Part shown: piece after piece, positions 1 to 11,487 of the stretch
How the letters are laid out: every line of letters starts with the position of its first letter
Position numbering within the stretch: position 1 is the first letter of the stretch
Source of the DNA: Azolla caroliniana
Taxonomy: Eukaryota > Plantae > Polypodiophyta
DNA: 64,000 nt
Direction: 5' to 3'
Assembly: GCA_043228905.1 (NCBI GenBank)
Contig: JBHGNT010000001.1
Span: 9,424,001-9,488,000, forward strand
Position numbers and translations under genes: made by a program
Notes under the pieces: model-generated
What the model saw: only the letters and a program-made list of their open reading frames with translations
The model's database searches: none
Told to the model about the DNA's origin: nothing

Positions 1-951
1 CCAAAGTGACCGAATTGTGTAATTTTGATTAGAAGTCGTCTTACAAAATTGAAAGTAATATAAATTTTTTGCAATGCAATGAATTGAAGTGACGAAAGGA
101 GAAAAATAGAAAGGAGCTTAAAACTCTAGTTTGTATGTCATATGGGCATCTGGCATATGTGCTCTAGGGAATTTACACTTACACATTTGTTGAACTTAAA
201 TTATCAAAATGGATATAGTTTAAGAGGGCATAATATGGCCTAAACACTGATATTTTGAGTCTTGGAAATCCCATTGTTGAAGTTAACACATTAAAGCAAA
301 TAAAACATTTGAGTTACTCGATGGATAATGGACACATGATGCCATATGGAAATCTTTATCATAATCAACAATAAACTCACATACTTTCTAAATAATAAAG
401 ACCCTCAAGCTTAAGTACAACCTTGTGCTATCAAGAAATCCTCTAATGATAGTATGACGAGAACTTGTACGTTCCTTATGCGCTAAACTCGGCCACAACC
501 GAGATTCTTTTCATACACAGAAAACAGGTAATGAGACGCGACACAAAGGAGAGGAGGATACACACACACTACACAGGAGGTTTACGTGGAAAACCCCAAA
601 CTAGGGGGAAAAACCACGGCAGCCCACAGGCTGCAAACTGTCACTATGTATGAATGTACAAAACAGTGAGTTCACGGAGGCAACGACCTCGGACTCACTC
701 TCTTCGCCACAGGTAGCGGTTACAACAGAGGCAACGACCTCTTTCTCTCTCTCTCTCTCTCTCTGTACACTGTTACGTGCTCTCTCTTCTTCTTGCACCA
801 ACAAGAAAATGACAACAACTACTCTAAGAGTTTGCCCTAAGTCATATTTATACTAATATGACTTTTCGGCTATTTACAAATGTAGCCTCAATGGGCTCTC
901 AGAAACATATTTACGAATATGTCTCTTCCTCCGGTTCATACCGGTTCTGCA

Positions 952-1200
952 CCATCCGGCTCTCCGTAGCCGGGTACTCCTCATCCGGTTCACACCAGGC
1001 CTGCACCATCCGGCTCTCCATAACCGGTACTACTCATCCGGTTCACACCGAGCCTGTATCATCCGGCTCTCCGTAGCCGGGTACTCCTCATCCGGTTCAT
1101 ACCGGGCCTGTATCATCTGGCTCTCCGTAGCCGGGTACTCCTCATCCGGTTCACACCGGGCCTGTATCATCCGGCTCTCTGTAGCCGGGTACTCCTCATA
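952..1200. repeat. 54-bp tandem repeat inside the LTR (about 5 copies here, about 3 at 5880-6020)
   Basis: Unit ~catccggctctccgtagccgggtactcctcatccggttcacaccgggcctgtat; 18-aa periodicity in ORF 1030..1278. Confidence 0.85.
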
Positions 1201-1287
1201 CTGTTTCGGCCTCGGCTGAGTTTGTTCGTCGGCATTGTTCTTCTCCCTTCCCATCCGGAGGGACCTGTCTCCCAACAAACTTCCCCT

Positions 1288-4200
1288 TCACTCCGGCATG
1301 GGGTGTCTTACCAGTCCGATTCTCTTCCGGCATGCATCCAGCTTGTCGGGTGTCAGCACTTTGGTCAGCATATCTGACCCGTTCTCGGCCGTGTGGATCT
1401 TCGTCAGTGCAAACTCCTGGTCATCTACTCTTTCCCGGATCCAGTGATACCTCCGCTGGATATGCTTCGTCCGGGAATGGTAGGCTGCATTCTTAGCAAG
1501 GTGGATGGCACTTTGACCGTCGCAATAGAGTCGGTATTCCTCTTGCCGTATACCGAGCTCACCGATGAAGTCCTTCATCCATAAGATTTCCTTGTCGGCT
1601 TCCACAACTGCCATGTACTCCGCCTTCGTGGTTGACAATGCAACCGTCTTCTGCAGCCTCGACTGCCACGAAACAGCTCCCCCGGCATATGTCATTATAT
1701 ACCCGGATGTAGACCGGCTGGTATCCACATCAACCGACATGTTCGAATCGGTGAAACCGTCCAGTTGAGGTTTTCCGAAGCCGAATCGGAGACACATATT
1801 TGAAGTGCCCTTCAAATACCGGAGTATCCATTTGACTGCGTTCCAGTGCTCCTTGCCGAGATTACTCATGAACCGGCTCACCACTCCGACTGCGTATCCT
1901 ATATCTGGTCGGGTACACACCATCGCGTACATCAAGCTCCCGACGGCAGAGGCATATGGAATCTTCATCATATCCGCCTTTTCTGCTTTCGTCTTCGGGC
2001 TTTGCTTGCCGGATAGCCTGCAGTTTGCCGGAAGTGTCGATCCGACCGGTTTCGCTTCTGACATGTTGAACCGGTGAAGCACCTTTGTCACATACTTCTC
2101 CTGTGACAGCCATAATTGCTTCGCTGACCGGTTCCGGATGATGTGCATCCCCAACATCTGTCTTGCCGGACCCAATTCTTTCATTGAGAAGGTCCGGTTG
2201 AGAGCCTTCTTCAGCATCCGTATTTTGACTTGGTCCCGTCCGACAATCAACATGTCATCCACGTACAGGAGGAGTATCAGGAAGTCCCCTCCTTCGAACT
2301 TCTTCACAAACACGCAGTGATCGGCCTGCGTCTTGTGGTACCCTTGATCGGTCATGAAGGAGTCGAACTTCCGGTACCATTGTCGGGGAGCCTGCTTCAG
2401 TCCGTACAGGCTCTTCTTCAACCGGCATACCATGTGCTCCTTCCCTTTCTCCGCAAATCCTTCCGGTTGCTGCATGTAGATCTCCTCTTCGAGGTCGCCG
2501 TGAAGGAATGCCGTCTTCACGTCTAGCTGCTCTACCTCGAGGTCCATGCTTGTTGCTATACTCAGCACCGTCCGGATGGAGGTCATCTTTACTACCGGGG
2601 CAAATATCTCGTCGAAGTCCACGCCCTTCTTCTGCTGGAACCCCTTCACCACGATCCTGGCTTTGTATCTCGGGGGGTTGCCGGCATCTCCCGGTTTCAA
2701 CTTGTACACCCACTTGTTTCGGAGTGCCTGCTTTCCTTTCGGCAACTCCACCAATTCGTACGTATGGTTCTCATGCAGGGAATCCATCTCATCCTGCATG
2801 GCACTCAACCATTTTCGGCTGTGGGTGTCTTCCTTCACTTCTTCGAAGCTTTCCGGCTCCCCCTCATCGGTCAACAGAACATGCTCTGCATCCGGAAATC
2901 TTCGGGGGACCCTTCTCTCTCTGAGAGGATATCTCCGTCTTCGGGCTTCGGTAACCGGCTCCTCCATTTGCTCTTCATCCGAATCCGATTCAGAGTCTTG
3001 GCCGGTTCCGGTCTCAGCTTCCTCTACCTCTTCATCTGCCGGTTCGGTATCCTCACCGTAACCGGCTGGTTCCTCGAGTGCTAACCGGTCTCTTGCCGGT
3101 TGGGTCTGCTCATCGTAGAGTCTATCCTTACCGGTCGACTCGGAGTTCATTATCTTCTTCTCCGACTCCCAGTCGGCGAGCGTCTTGTCCTTCATGAAGA
3201 TAATATCTCGACTCCGGAATACCTTCTTGTCGACCGGGTCCCACACTCGGTAGCCGAACTCATCGTCACCGTAACCGAGGAATATGCATGGTCAGGTCTT
3301 TTGATCTAACTTTCCTCTCCGGTCCTTTGCTACATGCACGTACGCGAGACACCCGAACACCTTCAGATGCCGGTAGGACACTTCCTTACCGGTCCATACT
3401 CTTTGTGGCGTGTCTCCGTCCAAGGGTACTGAGGGTGATATGTTTATCACGTATGTCGCCGTCGACAATGCCTCAGCCCAAAACTTCTTGGGTAGTTTTG
3501 CATGTGTTAGCATACTCCGGACCCTCTCCATTATGGTCCGGTTCATCCTCTCGGCCAGTTCGTTTAGTTCCGGCGTCTTCGGCACGGTAAATTCGAGCCG
3601 GATTCCCTTTGAGCGGCAGTACTCCTCAAACTGCCCTCAGTACTCTCCTCCGTTATTTGCTCGAACCGCCTTCAGCTTCCGGCCGGTTTCTCTTTCCACT
3701 CTCGCGTGGAGCTCTTTGAAGACGGATAGCACCTGATCCTTCGTCTTCAACGGTGTGACCCACAGCTTCCGGCTGTGGTCATCTATGAACGTCACGAAGT
3801 ACTGCGCTCCGGCATGTGACTTCGTGTCTACTTGACACACATCCGTATGCACCAACTCCAGTGGTGCATTACGTCTCATCGGTGACCTTGGTCGGAAGGA
3901 GGTCCGGTTCTGCTTACCGGCCAGATAGTCAGTGCACTTCTCTAAGTGCACGTTCTTCACTGGAATGAGGTTGTCGTTTGCAAGCCTCTTCATCCCCTTC
4001 TCGCTCATATGACACAGCCTCTTGTGCCACAGCTCACCGGCAATGTCGGATGCCATGTTCACTTCTTCCGGACATAACCGGGCATTCATCAGGTACAATG
4101 TGTTTACCTTTTCGGGCCCGAGCCACAATCAGGCTCCCTTTGCTGAACTTCATGACACCGTTCCAGATGCTACCCGTGTAGCCTTCATCATCTAGCCGAC

Positions 4201-5350
4201 CGGCTGATATCAGGTTCAGACAAACTTCCGGAACATGTCGTACATCCTTCAGCAGCAACTTGCATCCGGTTGGTGTTGTCAGCCACACGTCTCCTATGCC
4301 GAAAATTCGGCATGTTCCTTCATTCCCCATCCGGACACAACCGTGATCACCGGCTGAATAGGATGAGAAGCATTTCTGGTCCGGGGTAAGGTGGAACGAC
4401 GCTCCAGAGTCTATCACCCAGGTCATCTCGTCGCCGGCAAGGTTTATCTCACACTCCTCGGTGATGAGCATCAACTCTTCTTCACTTGCCGCGATTGTCG
4501 TCGTTCCCTTCCGGTCCGGCCCCCTCCGGTCTTTACCGTTTCGGTCTTTACCGTTCTGGTCCGGGGTTTGCTTCGAATCGGTACCGTCGGTTTCCTTGTC
4601 TTTACGGAAATGCCGATAGTTCTTTTGGAAGTGTCCCGGCTTGCCGCAATAGAAGCAAGTAGGCCTTCCCCTTGACTTTGACTGTGTCCCCGACTTCTCC
4701 CGGTTCTGGGGACTACGGTTTCTCTGTCTTCCGCGTTCCAATTCGGTAAGAAGCGCTTTGGATTCAGAGCTCGTATCTTTGTCTTTCCGACGCGCCTCCT
4801 CATCTAACAAGCTCGACTTTACTCTTGCTAGGGATAACCGTTTTCCTTCCGGCCCGGCGTTGCCCAAAGTGACAACCAACGTCTCCCAACTATCTGGGAG
4901 GGAACCGAGCAGGAGTAGCGCTAGTACCTCATCCGCGAGAGGTACTTCCAATGAAGTTGCCTGGTGTATCAGCCCCTGGAAGGCATTCATGTGCTCCGCC
5001 ATGCTGGAGCCATCTTGGTACCGGAGTCTTACTAGCTTCCGGAATACCGACACCTGATTGACAACATTTTTGTTCTGAAACATTATGCCGATCTTCTCCC
5101 AGAGCTCATGAGCCTTGCTCTCTTCGTTGAAGTTGTTGTACAGGCTCATGTCGATGAAGCACCGTATGTACGCCGTTGTCTTCATGTGCATCACCTCCCA
5201 TATCGCGGCGTCGATTTTGTCCGGTCTCTTGTCCCCGAACTGAACCGGCAGCCAGAGGTCTTTAACTACGAGCATGTCCCTCATCTTCGACTTCCACACT
5301 GAATAGTTGGAGCCGGTGAGCTTGAACATGCCGCCAAACGATTCGTCCAT
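1288..5350 (-). pseudogene. Copia gag-pol polyprotein split over several ORFs
   Basis: Zn knuckle CFYCGKPGHF, protease WVIDSGASFH, integrase LELVHTD/FIDD, RT LLYVDD, RNase H CDGQSAIHL; frameshifts near 4110, 3637 and 3292. Confidence 0.95.
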
Positions 5351-6481
5351 ATTTCTGTGTCGATTTCGCTCTGATACCACTTGACGAGAACTTGTACGTT
5401 CCTTATGCGCTAAACTCGGCCACAACCGAGATTCTTTTCATACACAGAAAACAGGTAATGAGACGCAACACAAAGGAGAGGAGGATACACACACACACTA
5501 CACAGGAGGTTTACGTGGAAAACCCCAAACTAGGGGGAAAAACCACGGCAGCCCACAGGCTGCAAACTGTCACTATGTATGAATGTACAAAACAGTGAGT
5601 TCACGGAGGCAACGACCTCAGACTCACTCTCTTCGCCACAGGCGGCGGTTACAACAGAGGTAGCGACCTCTTTCTCTTTCTCTCTCTCTCTGTACACTGT
5701 TATGTGCTCTCTCTTCTTCTTGCACCAACAAGAAAATGACAACAACTACTCTAAGAGTTTGCCCTAAGTCATATTTATACTAATATGACTTTTCGGCTAT
5801 TTACAAATGTAGCCTCAATGGGCTCTCAGAAACATATTTACGAATATGTCTCTTCCTCCGGTTCATACCGGTTCTGCACCATCCGGCTCTCCGTAGCCGG
5901 GTACTCCTCATCCGGTTCACACCGGGCCTGCACCATCTGGCTCTCCATAGCCGGGTACTACTCATCCGGTTCACACCGGCTTGTATCATCCGGCTCTCCG
6001 TAGCCGGGTACTCCTCATACCGTTTTGGCCTTGGCCTATCGGCCTCGGTTGAATTTGTTCGTCGGCACTATTCTTCTCCCTTCCCATCCGGAGGGACCTG
6101 TCTCCCAACATAGTACACTAATCCATTCTAGTCTTATTTCAATCACATTGGGCTCATGTTGATCGTTAAGAAAATACATCGCTTAGCAACAAGTTGTGGG
6201 AGAGTTAGTTGTACAATGGGGGATATAATTCTCGATAAACATGAGAGGTAAAACCAAGAACATAATTCCTCATAACAGTAGGATACAAAATACAAAGAAG
6301 GCCTTGTGGGAATTAGAAAGTTAAGCCCATCTCATATATGAGTCAACAACTCTTAATGAAGGATCGATAAGTGTAAGGACCAACCATAGGTTGTTTTGAA
6401 GTTAGGAGTTAAGCGAGAAAATGATTTATATGAATGCCAATCCATTAATGTGGCCTACACTTCATTATGGCACTCCTTGAA

Positions 6482-6720
6482 TGTTCATCCTGGGCTGGAC
6501 TAGCCACGAACACAAGGTGTCCTTCCGGAACACTTAACCAAAGGGTGGTTAAGGGAATGATGTTATCCGACACAGATCCGATTCTAATCCGACTGGTTCC
6601 GGATTTTTAATTATTAACCGTTTGATTAAAACACGCGTAAGCTAGAGAATGAATTTAGCACAACACGACAAGTAGACAAGGGACATAATAATCTTAAATC
6701 AAAACTCGAACTTATACCGA
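6482..6720. mobile_element. Truncated LTR related to the Gypsy LTRs at 10987 and 25230
   Basis: Begins TGTTCATCCTGGGCTGGACTAGCCACGAACACAAGGTGTCCTTCCGGA, closely matching the start of those LTRs. Confidence 0.7.
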
Positions 6721-8923
6721 GCCGACCGAAGAAGGATTGAACGCTAGAACCGGACAAGACCCCAAATCGGATTCGGATGAAGAACTAGTGGCCGAAAATC
6801 AAGGACGTAGATACCCTCTAAGAGAGAGAAGAACCCCTCGGAGATTTCCGATGTAGAGCATAGCATGTTCTATTGACCGATGAGGGGGAGCCGGAAAGCT
6901 TTGAAGAAGAAAAGAAAGACACCCACAACCGCAAGTGGTCAAGTGCCATGCAGGATGAGATGGATTCCTTGCATGAGAGCCACACATATGAATTGACGGA
7001 GCTGCCGAAAGGAAAGAGAGTGCTCCGGAACAAGTGGGTGTACAAGCTGAAATCGGGAGATGCCAGAAATGCACCGAGGTACAAAGCCCGCATTGTGGTG
7101 AAGGGCTTCCAACAGAAGAAATGAGTGGATTTGAATGAGATCTTTGCCCCGGTAATGAAAATGACATCCATCCGGACTATGTTGAGCATAGCGGCAAGCA
7201 TGGACCTTGAGGTTGAGCAACTAGACATCAAGATAACGTTCCTACACGGTGACCTCGAGGAGAAGATCTACATGTAGTAGTCGGAGGGATTTGTCAAGAA
7301 AGGGAAAGAGAACCTAGTGTGCCAGTTGAAGAAGAGCTTATACGGACTGAAGCAAGCTCCCCGACAATGGTATCGAAAGTTCGACTCCTTCCTAACCGTC
7401 CAAGGATACACAAGGTGCAGGCCGACCACTGTGTGTTCGTGAGGAAGTTCGACAGAGGAGATTTTCTAATACTCCTGTTGTACGTGGACGACATTCTGAT
7501 TGTCGGACGGGACTGCACCAAAATCGGAATGTTGAAGAAGGCCGTGAACCGGTCCTTCTCAATGAAAGATTTGGGTCCAACGAGATAGATATTGGGGATG
7601 CATATAGTCCGGGACCGGATGAAGAAGCTATTGTGACTTTCACAGGAGAAATACGTGACGAATGTGCTCCAACAATTCAACATGATGGATGCGAAGCTTC
7701 CTGAAAACTGCAAGCTGTCCGGAAAACAAAGCCCGAAGATAAAGGTGGAGAAAGTGGAGATGACGAAGGTAATGTATGCCTCAATAGTCGGAAGCCTAAT
7801 GTACGCTATGGTATGTACCCGACCGGACATTGGATATGCAGTCGGAGTGGTCGGCCGGTTCATGAGCAATCCGGGAATAGAGCACTGGGCCGTCGTTAAG
7901 TGGATCCTCCGGTACATGAAAGGCATCTCAAGGATGATCCTTTGATTCGGCTCCAATAAACCCCTATTGGAAGACTTTACGGATTCGGACATGGCGGCTG
8001 ATGTAGATACCAGTTGGTCCACATACGGATATTCATGACTTATGCAACGGGGACGGCATCATGGCAGTCAAGACTGCAGAAATCAATGGCATTGTCGACA
8101 ATGGAAGCGGAATAAATGGCGGCTGTAGAAAATAACAAGAAAGTAATCTGGATGAAGGACTTCATCGGAGAGTTAGGGATCTGGCAGGAGGAATTTCGTC
8201 TCTGCTGCGACAATTAGAGTGCCATCCACCTTGCAAAGAACATGGCCTATCACTCCTGGACCAAGCATATCCAGAGGAGATATCACTGGCTCCAGGTGAA
8301 GGTAGGAGACACAGATTTTTCACTAATGAAGATCCACACAGAAGAGAATGGATAGGACATGTTGACCAAAGTACTGTCAGCCAATAGTTGGACGCATGTT
8401 GAAGATGGATCGGATTGACGAGACACCCCATGCCGGAGTGAAGGGGGAGTTTGTTGGGAAACCGGCCCCTCTGGATGGGATCGAACGAGCCGGATCGTAC
8501 GAGTCGAAGGAAGGAACCGAACCGGATGGATCCCGTAAATATGTTCCGATGTGACTATTGAGGTCATATTTGTAAATAACCCCAAAATTATATAAGTATA
8601 AATATAACTAGGGCAACAATGTTGTTCTTAGTAGTTTACTGTTGTATAGAGAGATAGACAGAGTGCGAGAGAGAGAGATATCAAACTTGTATCTATTGTA
8701 ACCGCTAGTTGGCGAAGGTAGAGCTCGAGGTTGTTCCCGCGGAGTCTTCCATTGTACCCTTCCTCTTTCTAGTGGTATAGTTTGGAGTCTGTGGGCTCCC
8801 GTGTTTTTTCCTGATTAGGGTTTTCCATGTTAACACATAATGTCATCTTATTTTCTGTTCTCTGTTTCTTCCATAGTAAGTTTATACCTCGGTTGTGGCC
8901 GTGAACGATTCCTCTTAGTTACA
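6720..8923 (+). mobile_element. 5'-truncated, decayed Copia (RT-RNase H, PPT, 3' LTR 8452-~8923)
   Basis: Fragments PESFEE..., LLYVDD and GSLMYAMVCTRPD with stops; PPT GAAGGGGGAG at ~8440 followed by TGTTGGG. Confidence 0.88.
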
Positions 8924-9439
8924 AACCCTGGATAAAGGAAGTTCGAGTGAGCCGAGATGTCAAATTCGACGAGTCGGCATCCTGATACTCTCTATCGACT
9001 CCGACTCCCGACCACCCGATTCCGGAAGATGAAACCAATAAGCCCGAAACGATCCAAGAAGAAGAAGAAGAAGAGTTTGGTACCTTGGAAGAGAGTCCGA
9101 TCTCATTCCGGTTGAGCGGCCCGAATGAGCGACTGAGTCGAAATGACCAGTCGGATGATGAGTTGGCGTGCTTTCCCCACGTAAGGAACGGAGGAGACGG
9201 TTCACGTGCAAAGAAAATGGGAAGAAGAAGATTCCGAAATACGACACCGGTAGAGACGAGTCGGATTGGAACGAATCTGACTCCAGGAAGAATGAAGACG
9301 AACCTTCGGAGACGAAGTCCGAGTCGGCCAAGAGGGCCCTTAGATCGGCCAACGAGAAGTTATGCCAAATGACCCGCCTGAAGAACCCCGTGAAACACTA
9401 TGGGTATAATGAGTACATGGCACATCACTATGCATACAT
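8924..9439 (+). pseudogene. Left part of an old Copia (IN-RT linker), continued at 27467
   Basis: RLKNPVKHYGYNEYMAHHYAY joins M-K-V-A-E-V...E-S-Y-A-E...W-R-A-A-M-E-E after 27467 across TSD TACAT. Confidence 0.8.
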
Positions 9440-10404
9440 TGTCACAATCTAGACTCAAACCTCTGACTTTTAACACACACAATACATTGTGTTGTGTTAA
9501 CCATGTGGAAACTCTTGTGAACTGTCCACATTCGATTGTGAACTTGCATATATTGTAGAGTCTAGTGTATAGTACATTCGAGAATATTCTAGAATTATTC
9601 TGTGGTATATTCTAAACGGGTATATTCTCGAGAATATTCTAGAGATATTCAATCTTGAAAATTGTATAAATACTTGTAACATCCTTGGTCCCTTTCAATG
9701 GATTCAACATCGATCATTGACACATCAATCTAGTATTCTTGGTCCATTCCATCTTATCGCTTTCATTTCTATCTTCATGCTCTTGTGTCATTCCTAGCTT
9801 CTTAATTTCCACGCTCTTAAACCCATCATCCATGCTTTGTCGTAGTCCATGGTTGGTGTGTCCATGACAGTTTGAATCCCTTCCAATTGGGAGCACCACC
9901 CGTCTTCGTCGTCACCTTTGCCTCTAGAATTACCATAAGCACCGTCCTTGGTTTTGGAGTTACCGTCATCAACATCCTTGTCTTCGACGTCATCATTTTC
10001 AGCACCTCTTTGCCCAACCATCATCGTCGTCAACACTACTTATCATTTTTAGGTATCATTTTGCATCACGGTTTTGGTGAGGAGTGCTCACCTTCCCAGT
10101 TTCGATGGGGGACATAACTGCTCACTTTCCTGGTGGGGATCAGATCATTGCTCGCTTGCACTGCATTTTCATTATAGTTCAAGTCTCGCACCACTTTCTG
10201 CTGGCGAGGATTGATTTCGATTGCTCAACTTCTAGTTTCGGTGGGGGTCACAACCCCTCACTTTCTTGGTGGGGATCGCGTGGGTTTCTCGCTAGCGCTA
10301 CTGTTTGTGCCGCGTCTTGGGTCAACCTCGACTATTTACCCTCTCATAATAGAAGAAGTCGAGTCGACCACTTCACTTGCACCTCTTCGCCCGTTGTTGT
10401 TCTA

Positions 10405-10986
10405 GTTCTCGGTGATGGCCGCATGGTCGCTCACATCCGTTCATGTTTAGTTCTCGGTGAGGGCCACATAGTTGCTCATGTCCGTTCGTGTTTGGTTCTC
10501 GGTGAGGGCCGCATGGTCGCTCACGTCCGTTCGTGTTTAGTTCTCGGTGAGGGCCGCATGGTCGCTCACACCCGTTCATGTTTTCGATGAGGACCGCACA
10601 TGGTAGCTCACGTTCCAATTCTCGATGAGGGCCACACATGGTCGCTCACATCCGTTTGTGTTCCAGTTCTTGGTGAGGGCTGCATGGTTTCTCACGTCCG
10701 TTCGTGTTCCAATTCTCGGTGAGGGCCGAATGGTCGCTCACGCCCGTTGGTGTTCGTGTTCTAACTCTCGGCGCGGACCGACATGGTATCTCATGCCTCT
10801 TGGTGTTCGTGTTCCCTATGAGGACTGCACATAGTCACTCACACCCATTGGTATTTGTGTTCCAGATCCCGACGAGGACCGACATGGTCGCTCATGCATG
10901 CTATTGTTCATGTTCCACTTCACGGTGAGGACCACACATGATTACTCACGCCCGATGGTGGTCGTGTTCCAACTCTCAGCGATGAC
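10405..10986. repeat. ~45-bp degenerate tandem repeat array (continues at 25677-25747 and 26822-26890)
   Basis: Unit gttctcggtgagggccgcatggtcgctcacgtccgttcgtgttta at 10405, 10450, 10495 and 10540, then decaying. Confidence 0.9.
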
Positions 10987-11487
10987 TGTTATTCGTGGGC
11001 CGGACTAGCCACTAACACAGGGTGTCCTTCCGGATCACTTCATCAAAGGGGTGGTTGCGGTAAGGATTTCCGACTCCGATAGGTTTCAACCGGTTAACGT
11101 CTGGTGGAGATCCGATTCACAACACACAGTGTTACATGCATAAGATCAATACATTAAACATAGGACGGAATAAAGATTAGATAGAAAATAATAACACGCT
11201 CTTATATTAATGTTCCGTCCTTCATATAATGATATCTGGATTCTTTTATAAGCATCCGGTCTGTGCTACAAAACGGTGCCTAATCGGCAACCGGCTATGA
11301 ATCGGTCCGGATCCGAATCGGCATACCTCTTATGGATCCATCTGTTCCTAACATAATTCTTAGTTATTTAATTATATTTCTAGGAACCAACTCGCCTCTT
11401 TCTCCTTCCATACTTGGTCGCCACTGCCCAACACATGGCACGCCCGTGGGACAGTACATTGTACGTCAAACCCACGGGTTAGCTCTA

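Larger units (their letters stand above)
455..6110 (-). mobile_element. Full-length Ty1/Copia LTR retrotransposon (family A), disabled by frameshifts
   Basis: TG..CA LTRs at 455-1277 and 5382-6110; TSD TAGTA (450-454, 6111-6115); tRNA-Met PBS TGGTATCAGAGC (5368-5379, minus); PPT next to 1278; domain order gag-PR-IN-RT-RH. Confidence 0.97.

Noticed and set aside
1-454. Possible very old minus-strand Copia RT remnant, continuing at 6111-6480
   Set aside because: Only a faint LIAQG-like trace; too degenerate to support
9870-9898. GTTTGAATCCC...CACCA resembling a tRNA 3' end
   Set aside because: No 5' half or cloverleaf; better explained as the self-priming PBS
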